From the IMG/VR virus record IMGVR_UViG_3300028888_000063, positions 1-64,000 of that record: a stretch of 64,000 bases of DNA; one strand, 5' to 3'. Origin of the DNA: a virus. Lineage: Duplodnaviria; Caudoviricetes. Shown here in pieces: positions 1-8,355 of the stretch; position 1 is the stretch's first letter, and every line of letters begins with the position of its first letter. Below the pieces are notes generated by a model, which had not been told where the DNA came from, searched no databases, and worked only from the letters and a program-made list of their open reading frames with translations. A program made the translations under genes and the position numbers.

Positions 1-210
1 ATAGCACACTTTGTTTTGTTTGTCAAGGGGTTTTTTCATTTTTTTGAAGAGATTTTATTTTACTTACATCAAGTTACGCGCTTGAGAGAGGTTGTTTTCT
101 TTCTCCCCTTGACATGTATTATAATACCACAAAATCCGTCAGAAGTCAATACCTTTTTGTAAAATACTTTTTTAACAATCAGCGCGCCCGGGCAAGTTAG
201 GCAGAACTAA

Positions 211-462
211 TTATCGTTCTGCCTTTTCTCCATCAAGGTACAAAACATCAAAATCAATCCAATCGTGAAAATCAGCATCTACAACATGATAGCCAAGTTC
301 TTCAATCTGTTTACCTAAAGTGTGCATCTTATCCAAAAGAGATTGCGCATAGCCATAAGAAGCAACCTTAATCCGTTCATCAAGTTTTTTTTCTTGCTCA
401 TCCAACGCTGCACGAGCAGCGACAATGTTAGCTTTTTCGTTCATCAATTCAATGTAATTCAT
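211..462 (-). CDS. hypothetical early protein
   Basis: 83-aa ORF with GGAGG RBS. Confidence 0.75.
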   Translation of the reverse strand: MNYIELMNEKANIVAARAALDEQEKKLDERIKVASYGYAQSLLDKMHTLGKQIEELGYHVVDADFHDWIDFDVLYLDGEKAER

Positions 463-479
463 TAATAAACCTCCTTCAA

Positions 480-674
480 TTAAGCTTCATCTCTGTAGGT
501 TTTAAGAAACTGTGCAAGGTCTCTTAAATCTTCACCATAGAAAGTGGGTTTAGGATAATCAAAGGTAAAGATATCATCCTCTGAAGCTTCTTCTAACTGG
601 TCAAGCAAGTCTGCTACATCACGCAACTTTTTAATCTCTTCATCACTTACCAAAAGTTTTGTTTCAATAGTCAT
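480..674 (-). CDS. hypothetical early protein (acidic)
   Basis: Start moved to ATG 674 (MTIETK) after AAAGGA RBS and promoter at 706-734. Confidence 0.7.
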   Translation of the reverse strand: MTIETKLLVSDEEIKKLRDVADLLDQLEEASEDDIFTFDYPKPTFYGEDLRDLAQFLKTYRDEA

Positions 675-809
675 TTTGTTTTTCCTTTCTTGTTTTGATG
701 TATAGAGTATACCACATATTTTAAAATCTGTCAAGAGTTTTTTAATAAATAGTTTTTTAACGAGTGCGTTGCCCGGGCGCTTTACCGCAGTAAAGCGGTA
801 AAGTAATTT

Positions 810-1037
810 TTAATATTGAACATACAATTCTTTATCATTAGCCTCGCCCCGTATTGAAACAATGTCGCTGACTACATTATCTACAGCTCCTGAATAGTTC
901 AGGGTGTCAGCATCAGAACAACATTCTAATAGTTGTGCTTCATTTTTCAGTGAGCCATCTTCTTCAAGTTCACAGAACTCATCAGGCACATCAACATTAT
1001 AATAATAAGTAATAGAGGCGCAAACAGAAACTTTCAT
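810..1037 (-). CDS. hypothetical early protein (acidic)
   Basis: 75-aa ORF, GAAAGGA RBS. Confidence 0.75.
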   Translation of the reverse strand: MKVSVCASITYYYNVDVPDEFCELEEDGSLKNEAQLLECCSDADTLNYSGAVDNVVSDIVSIRGEANDKELYVQY

Positions 1038-1066
1038 TTTTTTAATTCCTTTCTTGTTTTACGAGA

Positions 1067-1264
1067 TTAAGTCTCATCATCAAAGGTTAATCCTTCTCCT
1101 TCATAGGAGTCAGGCGTTGAAAAATTATGTTCTTCATCTTTGCAAATAGAAGTGCAGAATACATCAAAAGGGCAGTCGTGGCAATTAGTCCACATAGGAT
1201 TTTCTTTGCATCCCTCAATAATAAGTTTCATACCATTTTTAATTTTTTCTTGCCAAACTGTCAT
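1067..1264 (-). CDS. small Cys-rich (C..CxxC..C) hypothetical protein
   Basis: Start moved to ATG 1264 (MTVWQE) with GAGG RBS downstream of promoter 1301-1329. Confidence 0.7.
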   Translation of the reverse strand: MTVWQEKIKNGMKLIIEGCKENPMWTNCHDCPFDVFCTSICKDEEHNFSTPDSYEGEGLTFDDET

Positions 1265-1395
1265 TGTTTTTACCTCTCTCTTTCTCTTGATTACAATGAG
1301 ATTATAGCACAAAAAGAATTACTTGTCAATACCTCAATTATGAATTTTTTGTGAACGCCGCCCGGGCAAATTAGAGTAGACTAACCGCATGGATA

Positions 1396-1688
1396 AATTA
1401 AAACTTCTGCCTGCTGATTATGACAGAAGTGTTTTAATTCTAAATCGCATCATTGTCAAAGATGCGGTAACCTTAATTCAAGTACCATGACCATCATCCT
1501 TTCTTTTGGTATCCCTCTATTCAATTTGTATGCGTAAGGTAGCTAATCTTACGCAGAGAATGTTCCTTGGTAAGAAGCTTCCACAAGGTTGGCTGACTGG
1601 CGTTGGGTCTGCTCAAGAACGTTGCGCACCCATTCGCAGAGATGACTCTAACAGGCTCAGTCACTTTCTTGCTTTCCCTTGGAACGAT
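1396..1688 (-). ncRNA. candidate structured non-coding RNA / leader
   Basis: Promoter-like element at 1692-1720, GC-richer segment with several nested complementary stems, terminal hairpin 1396-1439; only a 10-codon ORF (1456-1488) has an RBS. Confidence 0.4.
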
Positions 1689-1875
1689 TATAGTATAACA
1701 CAAATCTGAAAAAATGCAAGATGGTAAATTGCACAAAAATGCGGCAATTAAAAGCAGAGTTTTTGTGCAATTAGGATAGGCCAATTATGCGCCCGGCCCC
1801 GCTTCAACGATTTAAATCGCTAAAGTGAGTAATGATAAAAAAAGGACACAAACCGTGTCCTTTTTGTCAAGGTGC

Positions 1876-2226
1876 TTAGGCTTCCTCGTCAGAAGTTTCA
1901 CAACCCACAGAGTACACAGGGGTTTTACCCTGATACTCACGAATCACACGGCCAGCCTTGCGAAGCTGAGTCAGCAGACCCGTGGCGCTGTGCAGAGTGA
2001 CGTTCATTTCGTCAGCTACTTCCGCGCAGGTGGACTGGGGATTCTCTTCAAGGAAGGCAACAAGGGCATCGTACTGAGCCTGGCGCTCAAGCTGCGCCTT
2101 AGTGGGCTTAGATGAGCGGTTCTGGTTCCGCTTTGCGAGCATTTCAATCTCATGATCGATAAATGCAATCTGATCAGCATCAGTGAGAGCGGAGCGGATA
2201 GCAACAAACATTTCGGTTTTAGTCAT
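1876..2226 (-). CDS. putative winged-helix DNA-binding protein (paralogue 1)
   Basis: C-terminal TCAEVADEMNVTLHSATGLLTQL helix-turn-helix-like segment; paralogue of 5032-5388. Confidence 0.7.
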   Translation of the reverse strand: MTKTEMFVAIRSALTDADQIAFIDHEIEMLAKRNQNRSSKPTKAQLERQAQYDALVAFLEENPQSTCAEVADEMNVTLHSATGLLTQLRKAGRVIREYQGKTPVYSVGCETSDEEA

Positions 2227-2576
2227 GGTAAATACCACCTTTCTGGCGTTTAACGAGTGCCACTCAATTAATTTATTTAATCAGAAGAGGTTTTGTTCTC
2301 TCTCTTGATTACGTATTTATTATACCACAGTTTTTCTTGGTTGTCAAGAGTTTTTTTATTTTTTTTAAAGATTTTTTTGTTTTTCAGAAGTTCTTCTCTC
2401 TCTTGATTACGTGTATAGTATACCAAAAATTTTTTGATTTGTCTATTGACAAAATATATAAAAAATGGGAAATTTTTGAGTATGTTTTTGTGCAAAATGC
2501 TCAATAAAAAAATGCGTGACTTTGTTTGTTAAATATCTGGCGGCGCGCCCCGGTCTGAAGCGCGCCGCTCAAAAAA

Positions 2577-2867
2577 TTAGACTGTTTTATTTTTTAAAGC
2601 CCCTCTAACAAGCATTAAAGACCAGATACCCGCCCAACAACGGATAATTAGATTAAAAGAAAAAACAACAGTTGGGATTATAGTAATAGCAAAAGCAATC
2701 CCAATAGCTGCAATGAATGTTAAAATAATCGCAGCTGCGTAAGCTCCAATAAAATCAGCTACTCTATCTAATTTACTAGACGTAGGCTCTTCAATCGGAG
2801 GAGCCGGCGCCGCCATTTCTTCAACTTCAGTTGGATTTTCTAATTCTTGAAAATCACTATCAATCAT
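2577..2867 (-). CDS. small membrane protein
   Basis: Acidic N-terminus then hydrophobic segments; AGGAG RBS; promoter 2899-2927. Confidence 0.65.
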   Translation of the reverse strand: MIDSDFQELENPTEVEEMAAPAPPIEEPTSSKLDRVADFIGAYAAAIILTFIAAIGIAFAITIIPTVVFSFNLIIRCWAGIWSLMLVRGALKNKTV

Positions 2868-2953
2868 TGTTGGCAATTTTATCACTCCTTTTGATAATAG
2901 TATATCAAAAAATAAAAGTTTTGTCAAATAAAAAACAGGGTTTTCACCCTGTT

Positions 2954-3253
2954 TTAACAATCAAATAAATAACAACCCTCATAAGGATCAAACCCTATTT
3001 CAATATCTAAATCATCGCAATCTCCTGCGTAGGATTCTTCTTCAGTGTCGCCGAAGGTGTTATTCCAACAAGTAGGGCAGATACCAGTGATAAGCAACTC
3101 TCGTTCAGAAGCAGAGAGATAAGGGAAAGCATCCTGTGCTGATGCACCATCTTTCCAATCAAGATAGTCCATGTCGTTGACTTCAACTTCATGGCCTTTT
3201 CCACAGAACGGGCAATAACTAATAATGTAAACTTCTTTGTAATTAATTTTCAT
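2954..3253 (-). CDS. zinc-ribbon protein (CPFCG...CPTC)
   Basis: Two CxxC motifs; RBS and promoter. Confidence 0.7.
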   Translation of the reverse strand: MKINYKEVYIISYCPFCGKGHEVEVNDMDYLDWKDGASAQDAFPYLSASERELLITGICPTCWNNTFGDTEEESYAGDCDDLDIEIGFDPYEGCYLFDC

Positions 3254-3301
3254 GATTATCAATTCCTTTCTTGATTCTGTAAGTATTATAGCACAAGATT
3301 T

Positions 3302-3460
3302 TTAAGCTGTCAAGAGATTTTTTAAAAATTTTTTATCATTTCTGCGGGCCTTGCGCCTAAAAATTTTTTCCAACTTCTGTTTATTTTTTGTATGAACGCA
3401 AGAACAATTCAAATCCCATGCGGTGTAATCTTTACGGGTAGCTTTTTTCATGTAATCCAT
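3302..3460 (-). CDS. small basic hypothetical protein
   Basis: Start moved to ATG 3460 (MDYMKK) with GAGG RBS, promoter 3492-3520. Confidence 0.55.
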   Translation of the reverse strand: MDYMKKATRKDYTAWDLNCSCVHTKNKQKLEKIFRRKARRNDKKFLKNLLTA

Positions 3461-3602
3461 TTCTTTTACCTCTTGTTCATTTGATGTATTAAGTATAGCA
3501 TAAAAAATGCGGGGTGTCAATGTTTTTCTTTTGTAACTTTTGCCGCCGGCCGCACTTGTTAATTTTTTATTTATCACTCAGTTACAAAATAAAGACAGAG
3601 GT

Positions 3603-4010
3603 TTACACCTCTGCCTTTTTTGCTCTGTGCTTTGTCAGCTTGAGGGTGTAGTTATTTTCACCAAAGGTGAAGCTGATTTCTGTTTCAGTTTTAACAGATT
3701 CTACATTTGCTCCATTCTGTTCAAGAATAGCTTTGCAAAGGGCAAGCAATTCACCTTTTTCAGTGTCAACTTTCCGCTCTTTTGGGGTGTTTTTGCGGGC
3801 TTTTTCAGATTTTGCGTACACCTTTTTTTCTTTGATATCTTTCACACGCTCAATCTTGACTTTTGAACCTGGTTCAATGTATTCCCAATCTTCAAAAAAC
3901 ATTCTTGCGGCGGTATCCTCGTCAAGATTAAATTCTTTCATGTTCTTGCGGACTTCTTTCATGTCCTCGTTATTTAATTCATAATACTTGCCCTCGATTT
4001 TATACGTCAT
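3603..4010 (-). CDS. hypothetical protein
   Basis: 135-aa ORF with AAAGG RBS and own promoter. Confidence 0.75.
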   Translation of the reverse strand: MTYKIEGKYYELNNEDMKEVRKNMKEFNLDEDTAARMFFEDWEYIEPGSKVKIERVKDIKEKKVYAKSEKARKNTPKERKVDTEKGELLALCKAILEQNGANVESVKTETEISFTFGENNYTLKLTKHRAKKAEV

Positions 4011-4164
4011 AGATTATCAACGCCTTTCTTTTTTTGATAATTTATTATAACATATTTTTTGCAAAAAGTCAATGTTTTTTTTTGTAATTTTTTGATTTTC
4101 TTTTGTAACCGAGTGATAAAAATTTAACAAAGGGCGCGACCGGGCTAAAAAGGGCAAATTGTGA

Positions 4165-4824
4165 TCAATCTGACCACAATTTGCCGTTAATTTCTGGGTT
4201 TTGCTGAATTAAATACTCAAAAATCGCTCTTTCTATTTTAACGTCCTCAAGTCCTGTGTGAGATTCTACAAAATCGTTATTTTTTGTTAACCATTTATAA
4301 ATAATTTCTGCGGTGTAACGTCTGCAACCTCTTGCAGTTAAATATTCATTTTCATAGCAAAATTCTGAATAATCATCATTATTTTTCAGAATTTCCCTTG
4401 CCATTTTTAGGGTGTCCCACCATTCTACACCATAGGGCAAAAAGTAACGATTTTTAGAGGAGGTGATGTAACGCTGTGTAGTATTTAACGATTTATTATC
4501 AAAACGGGCATTGTGAGCGCATACAATAGAAACACCAAATTTTTTGAAATCCTCTTGAATTTCTTTTTTGATATTTTTCCATCTTTTCAAAATGCGCTTC
4601 CCGCTCTTGATATCTTCCCAATAGGCAGGGATTTTTTCAGCGAAATAGGCGCTTGCCATTAAATCTTTATCAAGAAAAACATCCGCATTCACGAAAGATT
4701 TTTCACAAAGTAAACCATCTTCAAGAGTGAAAATCTGATAACCCACATCGTAAACAATGGGGCAGTCAATATCATTTGTGGTTTCAGTGTCGAGCATGGA
4801 GACTACAGTGTTTTTGTCAATCAT
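4165..4824 (-). CDS. DEDDh (DnaQ-like) 3'-5' exonuclease
   Basis: ExoI LDTETT, ExoII AHNARFD, ExoIII HTGLEDV motifs. Confidence 0.85.
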   Translation of the reverse strand: MIDKNTVVSMLDTETTNDIDCPIVYDVGYQIFTLEDGLLCEKSFVNADVFLDKDLMASAYFAEKIPAYWEDIKSGKRILKRWKNIKKEIQEDFKKFGVSIVCAHNARFDNKSLNTTQRYITSSKNRYFLPYGVEWWDTLKMAREILKNNDDYSEFCYENEYLTARGCRRYTAEIIYKWLTKNNDFVESHTGLEDVKIERAIFEYLIQQNPEINGKLWSD

Positions 4825-5031
4825 TTTTTATTCCTTTCTTTTGAGGGGTGTAACTTCTTTTCCCTCTCAACGTAGAATAGTATAACACACTAACCCCAAT
4901 TTGTCAATGACTTTTTTTTGTAACCTTCAGATATTTTTTTAACAATCGGGCGCCCGGGCGCAGCCTTCACGATTTAAATCGCTAAAGTGTGCAGTTATTA
5001 AAAAACAGGGGAGATAATCCCCTGTAGTTGC

Positions 5032-5388
5032 TTAGGCTTCAGCCTCACCCTCATCACCGAGAGAGTAAACGGGAGTCTTTTTGTCGTACTCACGCATAAC
5101 CTTGTGGTTCTTGCGGAGCTGAGTCAGCAGACCCGTTGCGGAGTGGAGCGTTGCTCCAATTTCATCAGCAACCTGTGCGCAGGTTGCACGAGGATTTTCC
5201 TCAAGAAAAGCAAGGATCTGAGCCTTGATTGCTTCTTTCTCAAGCTGGGCTTTGGTGGGCTTGCTGGAACGATTGGTGTTGCGCTTGTCGAGGAGCTCAA
5301 TTTCGTGGTTGATGAACTCTACCATTTCAGCATTTGCGGCGACCTCTGCAACATTAGCGATAGCAACAAACATCTCTTTCTTAGTCAT
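5032..5388 (-). CDS. putative winged-helix DNA-binding protein (paralogue 2)
   Basis: Shares NRSSKPTKAQLE, FLEENP and TLHSATGLLTQLRK with 1876-2226. Confidence 0.7.
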   Translation of the reverse strand: MTKKEMFVAIANVAEVAANAEMVEFINHEIELLDKRNTNRSSKPTKAQLEKEAIKAQILAFLEENPRATCAQVADEIGATLHSATGLLTQLRKNHKVMREYDKKTPVYSLGDEGEAEA

Positions 5389-5696
5389 AGTAATACATCC
5401 TTTCTGACTGATCTTGGGAGTCACCCATAATTTAATTTATTTATCAAGGAGGTTTTCTCTCTCTTGATTACGTATTTATTATAGCAGATTTTTTGCTGTT
5501 TGTCAATGACTTTCTTTTGAAATTTTTTGTCATTTTCTTGTAACTTTTGCTTCTGCTATCAATCGGTTGGTTTGGTTTTTTGTTTTCCTCTCTCAACCTT
5601 ACGAGAAGATTATACCAAAAATTTTTTGATTTGTCTATTGGCAAAATGCACAAATTTCGGGAAATTTAAAGGGTGATTTTTGTGTAAAATTTCCAC

Positions 5697-5726
5697 TTGA
5701 CAAATCTGCGGCACCTGTGGTATAAT
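5697..5726 (+). promoter_or_regulatory. rightward consensus promoter within the leftward early region
   Basis: TTGACA-18-TATAAT with extended -10 TG, followed by GC hairpin 5734-5757. Confidence 0.55.
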
Positions 5727-5821
5727 AGAATTTCGCGCGGCCCCGACCGGCCGCGCGCCACCGAATGAATAATATTCAATTTTTGACCCCGCACATGAAT
5801 AAAAATGCATAAAGGAAATGC

Positions 5822-6274
5822 TCAACTTTCGTTGAGCAGTTCAGTGAGGATTTCTAAAATTTTATCAACATTTTCAGCTTTACCAATCCATTTTTCACGG
5901 TTGGGTTTTTCATCGTCAAAAAGTAAGCCAGAGGGAAAATCAACTACAGTTTGTTTTGGTGTCCCATAGGGAACGATTTTAATTTCATCAAAGTTTACAG
6001 CGGAAAGATGTTTTTTTAACCAAGCTTTCTTAGCGGCTGTAACTTTTTCGCCATATGTAGCGGAACCACTTTTTGACAGCCAAGAAATAATCCCGATATG
6101 ATATCCTGCAAGCTGAAGCATGTTAAGCAAATAACCAAGTTTCCGCATATTTACAAGAGGTTTTGCCTCTCTATAGGGTTTTGTTTTTTCATTCATAAGG
6201 CTATCAAGCCAATTATTCACGCCATAAAGGTCAGCAATTGTACCATCCATATCAAAATAAATTGCTTTGTACAT
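5822..6274 (-). CDS. HAD-superfamily phosphatase (5'(3')-deoxyribonucleotidase-like)
   Basis: Motif I FDMDGT, motif IV LFDD. Confidence 0.8.
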   Translation of the reverse strand: MYKAIYFDMDGTIADLYGVNNWLDSLMNEKTKPYREAKPLVNMRKLGYLLNMLQLAGYHIGIISWLSKSGSATYGEKVTAAKKAWLKKHLSAVNFDEIKIVPYGTPKQTVVDFPSGLLFDDEKPNREKWIGKAENVDKILEILTELLNES

Positions 6275-6394
6275 TTTTTATTCCTTTCTTTCTTTTGTGG
6301 CTTTATTATATCAAATTTTTTTGAATTTGTCTATTGGCATTTTGCACAAAATTTTTGCGGCCCGGCTGCAGGTTTTAGACCTTATAGGGCTGAA

Positions 6395-6871
6395 TTATTC
6401 AGCCCTCTCATCCAGCCATGCTCTCATGATTCCACTTTCTTTTTTGAATCTGATAACTTTTCTGTCTTTGGTGAAAGTTGCCCATGCATCCATAAAGCTT
6501 TCAAACTCTTCACGGTTCATATAATAGGCAATCACTTCATCATCAATCACTGTAACCCATACCCATGCGGAAGAGTGGCAAGTGGCAAAATAGTGAGCCT
6601 TGAAGCTGTTAAAATCATAACCAAGGGGTTTATTAACCAAAGTTGCATTAGACGACTTTACGCTCATATTGAGTTCCGGAATATCGTCTGTTGTGTCATA
6701 TGCACCACAAGCATCTTTGACAGCCATATAACCAAGTGCTGCTTTGAGCTCAATTTCACAAAGTTCGCCACGGTTAGTCCAATTTTCGCCACCATTCAGG
6801 CTATAAGGCGCGCCTTTATGATTAGGGTCGAAGATGTAAGCTTTGGAAACGCTGTAAACTGCTTTTTTCAT
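6395..6871 (-). CDS. hypothetical protein, possible PD-(D/E)xK-like fold
   Basis: 158-aa ORF with RBS and promoter; RGELCE...DDI...SVKSS pattern. Confidence 0.6.
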   Translation of the reverse strand: MKKAVYSVSKAYIFDPNHKGAPYSLNGGENWTNRGELCEIELKAALGYMAVKDACGAYDTTDDIPELNMSVKSSNATLVNKPLGYDFNSFKAHYFATCHSSAWVWVTVIDDEVIAYYMNREEFESFMDAWATFTKDRKVIRFKKESGIMRAWLDERAE

Positions 6872-7050
6872 TGGTGTTAACCTCTCTCTTTAGTATGGTT
6901 GTATTATAGCACAAAAGCCGGCGCGTGTCAACTACTAAAGTTGATTATTTTGAAAAAATTTTTCGTCAAAATGCACAAAATTTTCTTTGTGCAGATTATA
7001 CAAAAATATTTTCAGCGAAATGCACAAAAATGTGTTACCATTTTGTAACT

Positions 7051-7170
7051 GTGTGATAGTTATTTAATTAACAAACTTCAGTACTTTAAATCGCTAAAGT
7101 GTGATAGTTATTTAATTAACGAGCGCTTTACCACTTTAAATCATTAAAGTGTGTTAGTTATTTAATTAAC
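7051..7170 (+). repeat. three direct repeats GTGTG(A/T)TAGTTATTTAATTAAC, period 48-50 bp
   Basis: Copies at 7051-7072, 7099-7120 and 7149-7170; the intervening DNA also shares ACTTTAAATCnnTAAA. Confidence 0.85.
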
Positions 7171-7311
7171 AGACTTTCGGGATTTAGTGCGTTAGCACTT
7201 TAGTGTGATAAAGCGTTAAAAAATTAGCAGGAGTAGTTAGATTATGTAAACTCGGGCCGCAGCGCCAGAACGCGGCCCGCGAAAAACAATACTGAGGAAG
7301 CTTCCGCCTCC

Positions 7312-7488
7312 TCAGTTCATGTGCTCTATAACCTCTCCTGTGACTGGATCCCAAATAGCTGCGTTATCTGCGCCAAGCATTTCACATAATTCACACGCTT
7401 TTTTATAAGCTTCATAAGCTGCTTCACAACCACTTATTACCCATGACTGCCAACCTTTAAGCTCTGTGAAAATACCAATTTCAAACAT
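7312..7488 (-). CDS. small hypothetical protein (58 aa, not in ORF track)
   Basis: MFEIGIFTELKGWQSW...GEVIEHMN; GAAAGGA RBS; promoter 7523-7551. Confidence 0.7.
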   Translation of the reverse strand: MFEIGIFTELKGWQSWVISGCEAAYEAYKKACELCEMLGADNAAIWDPVTGEVIEHMN

Positions 7489-7593
7489 TTTTTTAATTCC
7501 TTTCTTTTCCTTTTGTGATTATAGTATAGCAGATAATCCACCAGTTGTCAAGAACTTTTTTTCAAAAAAGGGAACTTTTTTTGAAGTTCTCTT

Positions 7594-7707
7594 TTACTTT
7601 TCAATAGTCCCAATTAATTCCCAACCGCCAAATTTAGGAAGCCAATCAACAGGCATTTCATAGACTTCATTGGTATAAGTGGATTTCCACAGATTGTATT
7701 TTTCCAT
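7594..7707 (-). CDS. small hypothetical protein (37 aa, not in ORF track)
   Basis: MEKYNLWKSTYTNEVYEMPVDWLPKFGGWELIGTIEK; GAAAGGA RBS; promoter 7742-7770. Confidence 0.65.
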   Translation of the reverse strand: MEKYNLWKSTYTNEVYEMPVDWLPKFGGWELIGTIEK

Positions 7708-8127
7708 TTTTTTATTTCCTTTCTTTTTCTTTTGTGATTATAGTATAGCACAAATAGCCGGATTTGTCAATACTTTTTTTGAGAAAAATTATAAAAAGTT
7801 GAAATTTTTTTAGCTTCTTTTTTTTGTGGCTTTAAATAAAATGATAATTTGTAAAATGCTAAAAGCATGAAGACGATCAACAGTAAATAGCTTAATGGAT
7901 TTTCCATTATTTTTATCTCTCTTTCATCGGTTTCATTATAAACAGTTTAACATAATTTGGTTGTTTTGTCAAGTGCTTATTTTGGGAATGAGTATTTAAT
8001 CGTGGGTTGATAAAATCTCAACAAAAAACTTTGACGCTTTAATTCGCTAAAGTGCAACGGTCAGTAGTGGTTGTGCGCGGAAGCCGGCGACAAAGCTAAA
8101 AAAGGCGCGAGCCTGTGCGCCCGCGCC

Positions 8128-8355
8128 TTAGTGTAGAATAGTTTGTTTTGTCCATGTGTGAAAAATATCTTTCATGATTTGAATTTGCAAGATAGTGTTT
8201 TCATCTATTGTTTCAGTAAAGGACTCAACTTCATGAGTAGTAAACCAGTGTAAAGCAAACCCGATTGCTAACACACAAACAACAATAGATAAAATAATTG
8301 AAGCGATACAAACTACAACAAAAATAATAGGGAAAATCTTTTCAAGAGCTTTCAT
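8128..8355 (-). CDS. small membrane protein
   Basis: Start moved to ATG 8355 (MKALEK) with AGGAG RBS; long hydrophobic helix; promoter 8388-8416. Confidence 0.65.
   Translation of the reverse strand: MKALEKIFPIIFVVVCIASIILSIVVCVLAIGFALHWFTTHEVESFTETIDENTILQIQIMKDIFHTWTKQTILH

Noticed and set aside
7051-7170. Mini-CRISPR array
   Set aside because: The apparent spacers share most of their sequence (only about 10-12 variable bp), and no cas genes are present; treated as a tandem repeat
1127-7663. Plus-strand ORFs in the early region (e.g. 6098-6880, 3540-3866, 5104-5430) and minus ORFs 2277-2504, 5468-5653, 5610-5825
   Set aside because: Antisense shadows of real genes or translations of promoter DNA; no RBS and biased composition
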